Shown piece after piece: positions 10,040 to 19,786 of a stretch of DNA of 63,648 nt. Position numbers and translations under genes: made by a program. Origin of the DNA: Paracoccaceae bacterium (lineage in GTDB: Bacteria > Pseudomonadota > Alphaproteobacteria > Rhodobacterales > Rhodobacteraceae); NCBI GenBank assembly GCA_030066175.1, contig JASJCC010000001.1, positions 1 to 63,648 of the forward strand. The letters run 5' to 3'. The stretch's first letter is position 1, and every line of letters starts with the position of its first letter. The notes beneath the pieces are model-generated. The model ran no database searches. It was given only the letters and a program-made list of their open reading frames with translations, and was not told the DNA's origin.

Positions 10040-10146
10040 GCTGGTGTGATCCAAAGGAGCGCGCCTGCGGCGCGCGCAGGGTATCTCGTCGTCCGCCTTT
10101 GGCGTCCTCCTCGGGCCGCGCTTGGCTATTGTTGCGTGTTAATCGG

Positions 10147-11067
10147 TCAGGTGGCGCGGCTGGTGAGGGACAGGAACACCTCTTCGAGATCGGCCTGTTC
10201 GGTCCGCACGTCGCGGATGCGGATACCGGCGGCGCGGATCGCTTCGAGCACCTGTTCGGCGGAGGTTTGTGAGGTGCGGTAGTTTACCGTCAATGTGCCG
10301 TCCTCGCGCCGGTCGATGCTGAGGCCGGGGGCATCGGGCAGGGTGTCGGGCGGTGTTTCGGGGTGGATGACCATACATTTGGCGTCGAGCTGGCCCAGCA
10401 GGTTGGTCGTACTGTCCTGGGTCACCAGGCTGCCGTGGTTGATGATGGCGATCTCGTCACACATCTCTTCGGCCTCTTCGAGGTAATGTGTGGTGAGGAT
10501 GATGGTCATGCCACGGTCGCGGTTGAGCTTGCGCACATTGTCCCAGAGCATTTGCCGCAGCTCGATATCGACCCCGGCGGTGGGTTCATCCAGAACCAGC
10601 ACGCGCGGGTGATGCACCAGCGCCTTGCCCAGCAAGAGCCGCCGGCGCATGCCGCCCGAAAGCGTGCGGGCATAGGCGGTGGCCTTGTCCGTGAGGCCCA
10701 CCATCGCAAGGATCTCATCGCTGCGGCGCTGCGCCTTGGGCACGCCGTAAAGCCCGGCCTGTACCTCAAGCGCGCCGCGCGGGGTGAAGAACGGATCGAG
10801 GTTCAGCTCTTGCGGCATCACCCCGATCGAGGCGCGGGACTGGCGCGGATTGCGGTCTTGGTCCCAGCCCCAGATCTCGACCTTTCCCGCGGATTTAGTG
10901 ACCAAACCGGCGAGGATGTTGATCAGCGTGGATTTGCCCGCACCGTTGGGGCCCAAGAGGCCAAAGATCGACCCGGCCGGAATTGCCAGATCGACGCCTT
11001 TCAGCGCCTCTTTGCCGCCCTGATAGGTCTTTCTCAGCCCGCTGATCCGGATTGCATCCTGTGTCAT
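10147..11067 (-). CDS. ABC transporter ATP-binding protein (ABC-2/CcmA-like). No permease gene is adjacent.
   Basis: ORF 10147..11094, with the likely start MTQDAIRISGLRKTY. Walker A is GPNGAGKST, the signature is LSGGMRRR, and Walker B is VLVLDEP. Confidence 0.9.
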   Translation of the reverse strand: MTQDAIRISGLRKTYQGGKEALKGVDLAIPAGSIFGLLGPNGAGKSTLINILAGLVTKSAGKVEIWGWDQDRNPRQSRASIGVMPQELNLDPFFTPRGALEVQAGLYGVPKAQRRSDEILAMVGLTDKATAYARTLSGGMRRRLLLGKALVHHPRVLVLDEPTAGVDIELRQMLWDNVRKLNRDRGMTIILTTHYLEEAEEMCDEIAIINHGSLVTQDSTTNLLGQLDAKCMVIHPETPPDTLPDAPGLSIDRREDGTLTVNYRTSQTSAEQVLEAIRAAGIRIRDVRTEQADLEEVFLSLTSRAT

Positions 11068-11142
11068 GGCATCCCTTGCCCCTGCCTGCCGCATTGGTCA
11101 TAACGCAGGTAGTGCAAGCGCAGCCGAAAGGGAACCAAGCCG

Positions 11143-11322
11143 ATGAGCATCGAGGCGCCCGAGACCAAGATCGTGGACCGCTACCGCATTGCCTGCGACG
11201 GCGGCGAAGGGGCTTTGGGGCATCCGCGTGTCTGGCTGCAGATCCCGACGGATACCGGCTGGGTCGAATGCCCCTATTGCGATGCGAAATACGTGCATCG
11301 CGATTTTGAGGGCAAAGTTTAG
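11143..11322 (+). CDS. Zinc-finger (zf-CHCC type) small protein, 59 aa
   Basis: It falls below the ORF-track length cut-off and was translated by hand: [59 protein letters not shown]. The C-D-G-G...GHPRV...CPYC pattern is the family hallmark. Confidence 0.75.
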   Translation: MSIEAPETKIVDRYRIACDGGEGALGHPRVWLQIPTDTGWVECPYCDAKYVHRDFEGKV

Positions 11323-11390
11323 GCGCTTAGGCGTCTTCGCTCCCGTCGCGTCACCCTTGCCATATGCGTGTTTTGGCATAAGTTATTCTT

Positions 11391-12086
11391 ATGGCTAAGA
11401 CGCGGGACCTTCAATCATTGCCGGCTGGGGCCGAACGGCGCGCATATAGCAGTGCAGAGCGGGCCAGTGATTTCTATGTGCATATCGCAGCGCTTGTCAT
11501 CGCCATGGGCGCGGTGCCGGTGCTGATTGCCATGACCGCGATCTGGCGCGACGACTCCTACAGCGTTCTGGGCGTGTCGATCTATGGCATTGCGCTGATT
11601 GCGATGTTGACCGCGTCGCTGCTTTATAACCACGCCGGGCGGCCGCACCTGACCGGGCTGCTGCGCCGGATCGACATGTCGGCCATTCACCTCAAGATTG
11701 CCGGCACCTACACGCCCTTTGCGTTGCTGACCGGCGCCGGGTCGGGCCTGCTGACTGCCGTGTGGAGCGCGGCGGCGGCCGCGATGGCGGTGTCGTTGTT
11801 CCTGCGCAACGTGCCCTCGGGCCTGTCGGTGGCGATGTGTCTGGCGACCGGCTGGGCGGTGGTCATGGGGGGATCGGACCTCTTGGGGACCATCCCGCAA
11901 CACGTGGCGATCCTGATGCTGGTCGGTGGGGTACTTTATTCGGTTGGCACGCTCTTTCTGCTGTCCTGGCGGCTGAAGTTCCACAACACCATCTGGCATG
12001 GCTTTGTCGCCGTTGCCTCCATCGTGTTTTTTGTTGCCGTCTTCCTTTGCGCCGCCGCCCCGGGCGTCGTCATCGCGCAGGGCTGA
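11391..12086 (+). CDS. Hemolysin III / PAQR family membrane protein
   Basis: 231 aa with about 7 hydrophobic segments. The N-terminal ERASDFYVHIAA and the internal motifs LLYNHAGRP and IWHGFV are typical of the family. Confidence 0.75.
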   Translation: MAKTRDLQSLPAGAERRAYSSAERASDFYVHIAALVIAMGAVPVLIAMTAIWRDDSYSVLGVSIYGIALIAMLTASLLYNHAGRPHLTGLLRRIDMSAIHLKIAGTYTPFALLTGAGSGLLTAVWSAAAAAMAVSLFLRNVPSGLSVAMCLATGWAVVMGGSDLLGTIPQHVAILMLVGGVLYSVGTLFLLSWRLKFHNTIWHGFVAVASIVFFVAVFLCAAAPGVVIAQG

Positions 12087-12169
12087 ACGCTTACCTCTGA
12101 AACGACTGCTGGCACTGCCGCGTTCTTCATGTCAGAACCGGTGCGCGCGGCAATGAAGAGGGCAAAGGG

Positions 12170-14977
12170 ATGGGCGGAAGCTTTGGCAAAGGGTGTCATC
12201 TGCATCTGATCGACGGATCGGCCTATATCTTTCGGGCCTATCACGCACTGCCGCCGCTGACGCGCAAGTCTGACGGGTTGCCGATCGGGGCGGTGAGCGG
12301 GTTCTGCAACATGTTGCAGCGTTATGTCGAAGGGAATGCCGGTGGCGACGTCACACATGTGGCGGTGGTCTTTGACAAGGGCAGCCACACTTTCCGCAAC
12401 GACCTATTTGATCAGTACAAGGCCAACCGCGAGGCGATGCCCGAGGATCTGCGCCCTCAGATCCCTCTGACCCGACGCGCGACCGAGGCCTTCAACATCG
12501 CCTGCAAAGAGATCGAGGGGTTCGAGGCCGACGACATCATGGCGACATTGGCCTGTCAGGCGCGCGAGGCCGGTGGGCGGGTCACGATCCTGTCGTCGGA
12601 CAAGGACCTGATGCAGTTGGTGGGCGACGGGGTCGAGATGCTCGACCCGATGAAGAACCGGCGCATTGATCGCGAAGGGGTCGAAGAGAAATTCGGCGTT
12701 GGCCCGGAGCGGGTGGTCGATGTGCAGGCTTTGGCGGGGGATTCGGTCGACAACGTGCCCGGGGCGCCTGGGATCGGGGTGAAGACCGCGGCGCTCTTGA
12801 TAAACGAATACGGATCGCTCGAAGACCTGCTGGACCGTGCCGAAGAGATCAAGCAGCCCAAGCGCCGCCAGACTCTGATCGACAACCGTGCGCAGATTGA
12901 GCTGTCGAAAAAGCTGGTGCAGCTGGATTGCGACATGGCGCTGGACTTCACACTCGACGATCTGGAGGTGCGCGAGGCTGAGCCGGATGCCCTGCTGCAG
13001 TTCCTGGTCGAGATGGAGTTCCGCACCCTGACGCGGCGGATATCCGAGGCGCTGGGCGTCGAGGCGCCCGCCATCCCCGACACCACGCCCGAAGGCGCCA
13101 ACCCGCCGGATGCCAACGTGCCCGAGGCGCCGCCGATTGACCCGTCGAAATACGAATGTGTGCGCGACGCCGCCGCGCTGGAACGCTGGATCGCCAAGGC
13201 GCATGACCGCGGCTGGGTGGCGGTTGACACTGAAACAACGGGCCTGAATGAAATGGCCTGTGACCTCGTGGGCATCTCGCTCTGCGTTGAGGCGGGCGAG
13301 GCCTGTTACATCCCACTCACCCATCGCGCGGCGGCGGATGACGATCTCTTTGGCTCAGACGCGCTGGCTGAGGGCCAGATGGGCCTGCAAGAGGCGCTCG
13401 ATCTCTTGAAACCGCTGCTCGAGGATCCGGCGGTGATGAAGATCGGGCAGAACATGAAATACGACGCCAAGATCTTTGCCCGCTACGGCGTACAGGTGGC
13501 GCCGATCGACGACACCATGCTGATGTCCTACGCGATGAATGCGGGCCTGCATGGGCACGGGATGGACACGCTGTCGGAACTTTATCTCAGCCACACGCCG
13601 ATACCGATCAAGGAACTGCTCGGCAGCGGCAAGAGCATGATCACCTTTGACAAGGTGCCGATCGACGATGCGGTGAATTACGCCGCCGAGGATGCCGATG
13701 TCACCCTGAGGCTCTGGCAGCTATTCAAGCCGCAGCTTCACCTGGCACATGTCACCCGCGTCTACGAAGGGTTGGAACGCCCGCTGGTGCCAGTGCTGGC
13801 GCAGATGGAGATGCACGGCGTAAAGGTGGACCGCGACACGCTCAGCCGGATGTCAAACGCCTTTGCGCAGAAGATGGCGGGTCTTGAGGCAGAGATTCAC
13901 GAACTGGCGGGCGAGAGCTTTAACGTCGGTTCCCCCAAGCAGCTGGGCGAAATCCTGTTCGACAAGATGGGGCTGGAGGGCGGCAAAAAAGGCAAGACCG
14001 GCGCCTATGCCACCGGAGCAGACGTGCTCGAAGACCTCGCCACCGAACACGAACTGCCCCGCCGCGTGCTGGACTGGCGGCAACTGTCGAAGCTGAAGTC
14101 AACTTATACCGACGCTTTGCAAGAACACATCAACGCGGACACGGGCCGTGTGCACACGTCGTACTCAATCGCCGGCGCCAATACAGGGCGGCTCGCCTCA
14201 ACCGATCCGAACCTGCAGAACATTCCCATCCGCAGCGAAGAGGGCCGCCGCATCCGCGAGGCCTTTGTCGCCGAAGAGGGCAATGTGCTGGTGGCACTCG
14301 ACTACAGCCAGATTGAGCTGCGCATCCTTGCGCATATGGCGGATATCGACGCGCTGAAGCAGGCCTTCCGCGACGGCGAGGACATCCACGCCATGACCGC
14401 GTCCGAGATGTTCAACGTGCCTTTGGATGAGATGACACCCGATGTGCGCCGTCAGGCCAAGGCGATCAATTTCGGCGTGATCTACGGCATCTCTGGCTTT
14501 GGCCTCGCGCGCAATCTGCGCATCCCACGGGCCGAAGCGCAGGGCTTTATCGACCGCTATTTCGAACGCTTCCCCGGCATCAAGACCTACATGGACGACA
14601 CGGTGGCCTTTGCCAAAGAACACAAACGGGTGGAGACGCTGTTCGGCCGCGTGATCCACACACCCGAGATTGCCGCCAAGGGCCCGCGCGCCGGCTTTGC
14701 CAAACGCGCCGCGATCAACGCGCCGATCCAGGGCACCGCCGCCGACATCATCCGCCGCGCGATGATCCGCATGCCGGACGCCATCGCCGGCATGCCCGCC
14801 AAGATGCTGTTGCAGGTGCATGACGAATTGCTGTTCGAGGTCGACAAATCCGCCGTCGACGACCTGATCGGCGCGGCCCGCGGCGTCATGGAAGGCGCGG
14901 CGGAGTCGGTAGTAAAACTCGACGTGCCCTTGGTCGTCGATGCCGGGCAGGGGGGCAGCTGGGCCGAGGCACATTAA
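12170..14977 (+). CDS. polA: DNA polymerase I
   Basis: 935 aa. It has a 5'-3' exonuclease N-terminus (LIDGSAYIFRAYHALP), a 3'-5' exonuclease domain (VAVDTETTGL), and polymerase motifs (DYSQIELRILAH, RRQAKAINFGVIYG, QVHDELLFE). Confidence 0.98.
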   Translation: MGGSFGKGCHLHLIDGSAYIFRAYHALPPLTRKSDGLPIGAVSGFCNMLQRYVEGNAGGDVTHVAVVFDKGSHTFRNDLFDQYKANREAMPEDLRPQIPLTRRATEAFNIACKEIEGFEADDIMATLACQAREAGGRVTILSSDKDLMQLVGDGVEMLDPMKNRRIDREGVEEKFGVGPERVVDVQALAGDSVDNVPGAPGIGVKTAALLINEYGSLEDLLDRAEEIKQPKRRQTLIDNRAQIELSKKLVQLDCDMALDFTLDDLEVREAEPDALLQFLVEMEFRTLTRRISEALGVEAPAIPDTTPEGANPPDANVPEAPPIDPSKYECVRDAAALERWIAKAHDRGWVAVDTETTGLNEMACDLVGISLCVEAGEACYIPLTHRAAADDDLFGSDALAEGQMGLQEALDLLKPLLEDPAVMKIGQNMKYDAKIFARYGVQVAPIDDTMLMSYAMNAGLHGHGMDTLSELYLSHTPIPIKELLGSGKSMITFDKVPIDDAVNYAAEDADVTLRLWQLFKPQLHLAHVTRVYEGLERPLVPVLAQMEMHGVKVDRDTLSRMSNAFAQKMAGLEAEIHELAGESFNVGSPKQLGEILFDKMGLEGGKKGKTGAYATGADVLEDLATEHELPRRVLDWRQLSKLKSTYTDALQEHINADTGRVHTSYSIAGANTGRLASTDPNLQNIPIRSEEGRRIREAFVAEEGNVLVALDYSQIELRILAHMADIDALKQAFRDGEDIHAMTASEMFNVPLDEMTPDVRRQAKAINFGVIYGISGFGLARNLRIPRAEAQGFIDRYFERFPGIKTYMDDTVAFAKEHKRVETLFGRVIHTPEIAAKGPRAGFAKRAAINAPIQGTAADIIRRAMIRMPDAIAGMPAKMLLQVHDELLFEVDKSAVDDLIGAARGVMEGAAESVVKLDVPLVVDAGQGGSWAEAH

Positions 14978-14980
14978 CCG

Positions 14981-15334
14981 ATGATCCGCAGCTATGAGGA
15001 ACTCAAGGCGCTGGCCCTCTCGCTCGACCTGCCCAACGTGGTCGAAGCGACAAGCTGGGGCAAGCCCTGCCTCAAGGCGCATGGCAAGCTTTGGGTCTGG
15101 TGGAGCCCGTATATCGACGCGGCCGTCTTCAAGGCGTCAAAGGACGAACGTGAAATGCTGCGCGCGGCGGATCCGGAGACCTTTCTGTTCCACAAACACT
15201 ATGAGGCGCATAACCTGATCCTCGTTGCCGCCGGCCGGATTGACGAAGGCTGGGCCAAGGCGCGGCTGTTGCAGACCTGGAAGGATATGGCGCCGAAACG
15301 GGTGTTGCGCGCGTGGGAAGAGTCGCAGCTTTGA
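14981..15334 (+). CDS. MmcQ/YjbR family DNA-binding protein
   Basis: 117 aa with family-like sequence (LPNVVEATSWGKPCLKAHGKLWVWW). Confidence 0.55.
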   Translation: MIRSYEELKALALSLDLPNVVEATSWGKPCLKAHGKLWVWWSPYIDAAVFKASKDEREMLRAADPETFLFHKHYEAHNLILVAAGRIDEGWAKARLLQTWKDMAPKRVLRAWEESQL

Positions 15335-15912
15335 CCAAAGGCCCCGAGCAGACGCTGGACCGGGTTGAGGTTCGGTCGCTGGATGATCTGCACAACTGGC
15401 TGCGCGCGCATCATACGCGCGGCAGCGGTGTATGGCTGGTTATCTGGAAAAAGCACACCGCCTTTTACCTGACCTATGACGAAATCGTCGAAGAACTGCT
15501 CTGTTGGGGCTGGGTCGACAGCCGTACAATGCGCGTCGATGCGGATCGCTCCGGCCTGCTGATCGCGCCGCGAAACCCCAAATCCGCCTGGTCTGCCCCC
15601 AACAAGGCACGCGTGGCCAAACTCCGCGCCGAAGGCCGCATGCAGCCATCCGGCGAGGCGCTGATCGCCGCGGCGCAGGCCAACGGCATGTGGAACTTCC
15701 TCGATGATGTCGAACGGCTAGAGGTCCCTGACGACCTGGCGCAGGCCTTGGGAGACCTGCGCCCGGTTTGGGAAGACTACCCGAGATCGGTGAAACGCGG
15801 CACGCTGGAATGGATCAAGACGGCCAAGACATCGCCGACCCGCGCAAAACGGATCGCCGATGTCGTGACCTCAGCGCAACAAGGCCAGCGCCCCAGCCCG
15901 TTTCGCCGTTAG
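15313..15912 (+). CDS. YdeI/OmpD-associated (bacteriocin-protection-like) family protein
   Basis: 199 aa. The C-terminal WIKTAKTSPTRAKRIADVV is typical of the YdeI/OmdA family. The start is uncertain because it overlaps the previous gene by 22 nt. Confidence 0.55.
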   Translation: MGRVAALTKGPEQTLDRVEVRSLDDLHNWLRAHHTRGSGVWLVIWKKHTAFYLTYDEIVEELLCWGWVDSRTMRVDADRSGLLIAPRNPKSAWSAPNKARVAKLRAEGRMQPSGEALIAAAQANGMWNFLDDVERLEVPDDLAQALGDLRPVWEDYPRSVKRGTLEWIKTAKTSPTRAKRIADVVTSAQQGQRPSPFRR

Positions 15913-15951
15913 GACCTCTGCGCGCTGCTGATCAACAGCCGCCATCTGCGG

Positions 15952-16944
15952 TCAGAGCAACCCTTCCGCCTCAAAAAGCGTGCGCAGCGGCTGTTCCGGG
16001 CGGGGGCCCAGGTGGCTGATCACTTCGGCGGCGGCGACGCAGCCCATGCGACCGGCGGTTTCGACGTCGCGGCCTGTGGCCAACCCGTAGAGGAACCCGG
16101 CGGCGAACTGGTCCCCGGCGCCGGTTGCGTCGACCGGGGTCACCTTGGTGACTGGAATGTCGGTGCGCTGGCCGTTCTGCATCACGGTCACGCCGTCGCC
16201 CGACCGGGTGCAGACCACCAGCGGGCAGATTGCTGCTACGGCTTTGAGGTCGGCCTCGAGATCACCGTTCTGGTAGAGTGAGCGGATCTCGTCTTCGTTG
16301 CCGATGACATAGTCCATCTCGTGCTCGATCAGGGTCAGGAAATCTGTACGGTGACGTTCGACACAGAACGGATCGGAGATCGCAATACCGGTCTTGCCCC
16401 CCGCAGCGCGGCAGCTGCGGGCGGTGCGGATGAACGCCTCTTTGCCCTTGTCCTTGTCAAAGAGGTAGCCTTCAAGAAACACGATCTCGGCCTGCGATGC
16501 GACATCGTCCGACACATCCTCGGGCCCAAGCTCGGCCGAGATGCCCAGGTAGGTGTTCATCGACCGCTCACCATCCGGCGAGACAAAGATCATCGAGCGT
16601 GAGGTTGGCAGCTCACCCCCCGACACAGGAGCGTTGACAAAATCGATGCCGTCATTGGTCATCGCCTCGGCATAGAACTGTCCCAGATCGTCGTCATGCA
16701 CCCGCCCGATAAAGGCGCTGCGCAGGCCCAGATTGCCGATCCCGGCGATGGTGTTGGCGACCGACCCGCCCGGTGTCTGCACCCGGTTGCCCATCGCGTG
16801 ATAAAGCTCTTCGCCGCGGTCGCGTTCCACCAGCTGCATGATGCCCTTCTGGATGCCCATTTGCTCCAGAAAAGCGTCGTCGCTGCGGGAAATCACGTCG
16901 ACCACGGCGTTGCCGATGCCGACCACCTGGTAGGTCTTGCTCAT
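15952..16944 (-). CDS. PfkB-family carbohydrate/adenosine kinase
   Basis: 330 aa. It has the GIGNAVVDV N-terminus and the PfkB signature DATGAGDQFAAGFLYG. Confidence 0.85.
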   Translation of the reverse strand: MSKTYQVVGIGNAVVDVISRSDDAFLEQMGIQKGIMQLVERDRGEELYHAMGNRVQTPGGSVANTIAGIGNLGLRSAFIGRVHDDDLGQFYAEAMTNDGIDFVNAPVSGGELPTSRSMIFVSPDGERSMNTYLGISAELGPEDVSDDVASQAEIVFLEGYLFDKDKGKEAFIRTARSCRAAGGKTGIAISDPFCVERHRTDFLTLIEHEMDYVIGNEDEIRSLYQNGDLEADLKAVAAICPLVVCTRSGDGVTVMQNGQRTDIPVTKVTPVDATGAGDQFAAGFLYGLATGRDVETAGRMGCVAAAEVISHLGPRPEQPLRTLFEAEGLL

Positions 16945-17339
16945 TGCGTGTCCTCAAAAATGATTGCGTCAAGTTCGGTTTCGACCAGCCAGTCGGGATC
17001 GATGAACCCGCTGACTTCGACAAAGGTGCAGGCGGGCCGGATATCGGCGAAGACTTCGCCATGCACCCGGGCGGCCTCTTCCCACTGGCGGATATCGGTC
17101 AACATGATCCGGCTGCGGATCACGTCGCTGGCCGAGGAGCCGGCCGCCTCTAGCGCTGTGATCCCGATCTCCAGACAGCGGCGCGTTTGCGCGGCGACGT
17201 CCCCCACTCCGGCTGTCCCGCCACCTTCGGCAATCGGTGCCGTGCCGGCGACAGCGACATGCGGCCCGATGCGCACCGCGCGGCTGAAGCCGATCTGTGG
17301 CTCCAAAGGCGACCCGGAAGGCACGTTGCGGCGGGTCAT
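16941..17339 (-). CDS. RidA/YjgF family protein
   Basis: 132 aa with 4-nt overlaps on both sides. The family pattern is present (GFSRAVRIGPHVAVAGT...). Confidence 0.75.
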   Translation of the reverse strand: MTRRNVPSGSPLEPQIGFSRAVRIGPHVAVAGTAPIAEGGGTAGVGDVAAQTRRCLEIGITALEAAGSSASDVIRSRIMLTDIRQWEEAARVHGEVFADIRPACTFVEVSGFIDPDWLVETELDAIIFEDTQ

Positions 17340-17980
17340 TCCGGTTTGTCCTCAAACGGGCAGAGGTCGCGGATCAGGCAGGCTTTGCATTTGGGTTTTC
17401 GCGCCACGCAGGTGTAGCGGCCGTGCAGGATCAACCAGTGATGCGCGTGCTGCTGGTAATCCACCGGGATGTGATCCTCGATGGCGCGTTCGACGGCCAC
17501 CACGTCTTTTCCCGGGCAGATACCTGTGCGGTTGCCAACGCGAAAGATATGGGTGTCGACCGCCTGCGCCGGATAGCGCCACCACATGTTCAACACCACG
17601 TTCGCCGTCTTGCGCCCGACACCTGGCAGGGCCTGCAACGCGGCACGGGAATTGGGCACCTCGCCGCCATGCTCCTCTACCAGGATCTTCGACAGCTTGA
17701 TGACGTTCTTGGCCTTGTTGCGGTAAAGCCCGATGGTCTTGATGTGCTCGATCACACCCTCGTCCCCGAGGGCGAGCATCTTTTCCGGTGTATCGGCAAC
17801 GGCAAACAGGCCTCGTGTCGCCTTGTTCACACCGGCATCGGTCGCCTGTGCAGACAGGGCCACGGCCACCACCAGTGTGTAGGCGTTCACATGCTCCAGC
17901 TCACCCTTCGGCTCGGGCTCGGCCTTGTGAAAGCGGTCAAAGATCTCTCGGATCGTGTGATAGTCGAGCTGTTTTGCCAT
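17336..17980 (-). CDS. nth: Endonuclease III
   Basis: This is the 3' part of ORF 17336..18424, with the realistic start MAKQLDYHTIREIF (ATG 17980). It has the HhH-GPD motif LPGVGRKTANVVL and the C-terminal Fe-S cluster cysteines C-x6-C-x2-C-x5-C. Confidence 0.92.
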   Translation of the reverse strand: MAKQLDYHTIREIFDRFHKAEPEPKGELEHVNAYTLVVAVALSAQATDAGVNKATRGLFAVADTPEKMLALGDEGVIEHIKTIGLYRNKAKNVIKLSKILVEEHGGEVPNSRAALQALPGVGRKTANVVLNMWWRYPAQAVDTHIFRVGNRTGICPGKDVVAVERAIEDHIPVDYQQHAHHWLILHGRYTCVARKPKCKACLIRDLCPFEDKPE

Positions 17981-18053
17981 GGCCGCGCTTTTGCACCAGT
18001 GGCTCGGTCGGTGCAAGCGGGCGGATGGGTTGGGGTAAGTAAGGCTCTGATAC

Positions 18054-18479
18054 TCAGTGGGGTGGGTTCCGGCTCGCCTGCACCGCTTTGATCCGCTCCG
18101 GCCATGTCGAGCGGATAAAGCCAAGGATATCCCATATGTCATCATCGCTGAGCGTGTCGGCAAAGCCCGGCATGCCGGAGGTGAAATTCGTGACACCGCG
18201 CCGTGCCAGCGCGCCTTGCCCACCCAGCTTGGTGTAGTCAAAGAGCAGCAGGTTGTCGTGGTGCCAGGTGTGTCCGGTCTCATCATGCGGCGGTGCGGGC
18301 AAGGTGCCATCGGCGTTTGGCACCCGCCAGTTGGGCTGGCCTTCCAGATCGGCGCCATGGCAAGCCGCGCAGTGTTCGGCATAGAGCACCTCACCCCGGC
18401 CGGTATCGCGATCCTCCAGCTCATGGCTCGCCAAAGCCGGCGATGCGGTCAGAAGAATGGCCAAAGCCAGCCCCCTCAT
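18054..18479 (-). CDS. Secreted c-type cytochrome, last gene of the copper operon
   Basis: 141 aa with a signal peptide (MRGLALAILLTASPALA) and the heme-binding motif CAACH. The start overlaps the multicopper oxidase stop. Confidence 0.85.
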   Translation of the reverse strand: MRGLALAILLTASPALASHELEDRDTGRGEVLYAEHCAACHGADLEGQPNWRVPNADGTLPAPPHDETGHTWHHDNLLLFDYTKLGGQGALARRGVTNFTSGMPGFADTLSDDDIWDILGFIRSTWPERIKAVQASRNPPH

Positions 18480-19786
18480 GCCACCTCCACCCAGGTTGTC
18501 ATGCCGCCCACGTGATGGCTAAGCATGTGGCAATGCATCATCCAACGCCCGGGATTGTCGAAGACGCAGAGGATGTCTTGCGTCTGACCCGGGTTCACCA
18601 GCGACGTATCGCGGAAATCCCCCAGGCTGCCATCGACGGCAAGCTCATAGAAATGATGCCCGTGCAGGTGAATGCCATGCGGCCAGCGCGTGCCATTCAC
18701 CAGGCGGATCCGGGCCGTTTCGCCCCGTTCGAAACGGGCAAAGGGCTCGGGCTGCATGTCCGAGATATCGTTCAGCGCCCAGATATTGTCGCCACCATGC
18801 GCGCCGCCCATGGCCCCGCCCATCATCGTCATGGTCAGGTCCTGGCTGACCTCTTCGGGTATCGGCAGGTCATTGGCAGGCAGCGCTTGGATCGCGGCGC
18901 TGCGCGGGGTCACAGAGCCAGACACCGGCAGACCACCCAAGGGATAAGCACCCATGCGGTGGTCCATCTCAAGCTCAACCGGGCCGGTCACGTCGGCGAT
19001 GATGTCCACCCGCTGCGCCGGGGCGAGGACGGGCAGATCATAGTCGCGCGGTGCTGCAATGGGCATCCCGTCCAAGGCGACGATCTTGCCCTGCAACCCT
19101 TTCAGGATCACCGGAAACACCCGATCGACCGCGGCATTGATCAGACGCAGGCGGACACGTTCACCCACTTGCAGCGTCACGTCCGGCAGAAACACCTTGG
19201 CATAGTTCCCCATCCGCCCGGCATGGGCGATGTCATGCCTGTTGCCGAAATCCTCGGTCAGCTGGCCATCCTCGGCCAGCCGCCAATCGGCCAGCACGGC
19301 AAAGAGGTCATGGTCCACATCCGGCGGGATGCTTTCCTCAATGATCAGCGGCCCCATTAGGCCGCGCGCGACCTGTTCATGCGACAGGTAATGTGAGTGA
19401 TACCAATAGGTTCCCGCATCTTTGGCGACAAAGCTGTAGTCAAAGCTGTCCCCCGGCGGCACCAGGTCCTGCGTCATCATCGGCACGCCGTCCATCGCGT
19501 TGTTCAGCCGGATGCCGTGCCAATGCACCGTCGCGCCCTGATCCAGGTTGTTCTGCAAACGCAAGTTCAGCGTGCCCCCTTGCCGCACGCGCAGTTCCGG
19601 CCCGGGGACCCCACCGTTAAAGCCCAATACCCGCGTTGGCCCGGCGTAGTCCTCGGGCAGGATCTGCTGCGTCAGCGCCTCGGCGGTCAGGATCGTCTGC
19701 GCCCCGGTCGCCAGGCCGGCCTTTGGAAGGGCGGCCATCGCGGCAGATGTCATCAGAAAGTCGCGTCGGTTCATCAGAGGCCTCAT
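18476..19786 (-). CDS. Multicopper oxidase (CopA/PcoA-like) with a Tat signal
   Basis: ORF 18476..19852. The start MRPLMNRRDFLMTSAAMAAL (ATG 19786) overlaps the copD stop as ATGA. Copper-site motifs are HWHG, WYHSH and HCHMLSH. Confidence 0.9.
   Translation of the reverse strand: MRPLMNRRDFLMTSAAMAALPKAGLATGAQTILTAEALTQQILPEDYAGPTRVLGFNGGVPGPELRVRQGGTLNLRLQNNLDQGATVHWHGIRLNNAMDGVPMMTQDLVPPGDSFDYSFVAKDAGTYWYHSHYLSHEQVARGLMGPLIIEESIPPDVDHDLFAVLADWRLAEDGQLTEDFGNRHDIAHAGRMGNYAKVFLPDVTLQVGERVRLRLINAAVDRVFPVILKGLQGKIVALDGMPIAAPRDYDLPVLAPAQRVDIIADVTGPVELEMDHRMGAYPLGGLPVSGSVTPRSAAIQALPANDLPIPEEVSQDLTMTMMGGAMGGAHGGDNIWALNDISDMQPEPFARFERGETARIRLVNGTRWPHGIHLHGHHFYELAVDGSLGDFRDTSLVNPGQTQDILCVFDNPGRWMMHCHMLSHHVGGMTTWVEVA

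Noticed and set aside
17981-18424. N-terminal extensions offered by the ORF track for several genes. Examples: nth to 18424, zapE to 40174, fghA to 45379, ilvD from 59061, accD from 34274, imuB to 32413
   Set aside because: The extensions overlap neighbouring genes or have non-protein-like composition. Internal start codons give N-termini that match the canonical families, often with a Shine-Dalgarno sequence or a 4-nt stop/start overlap.
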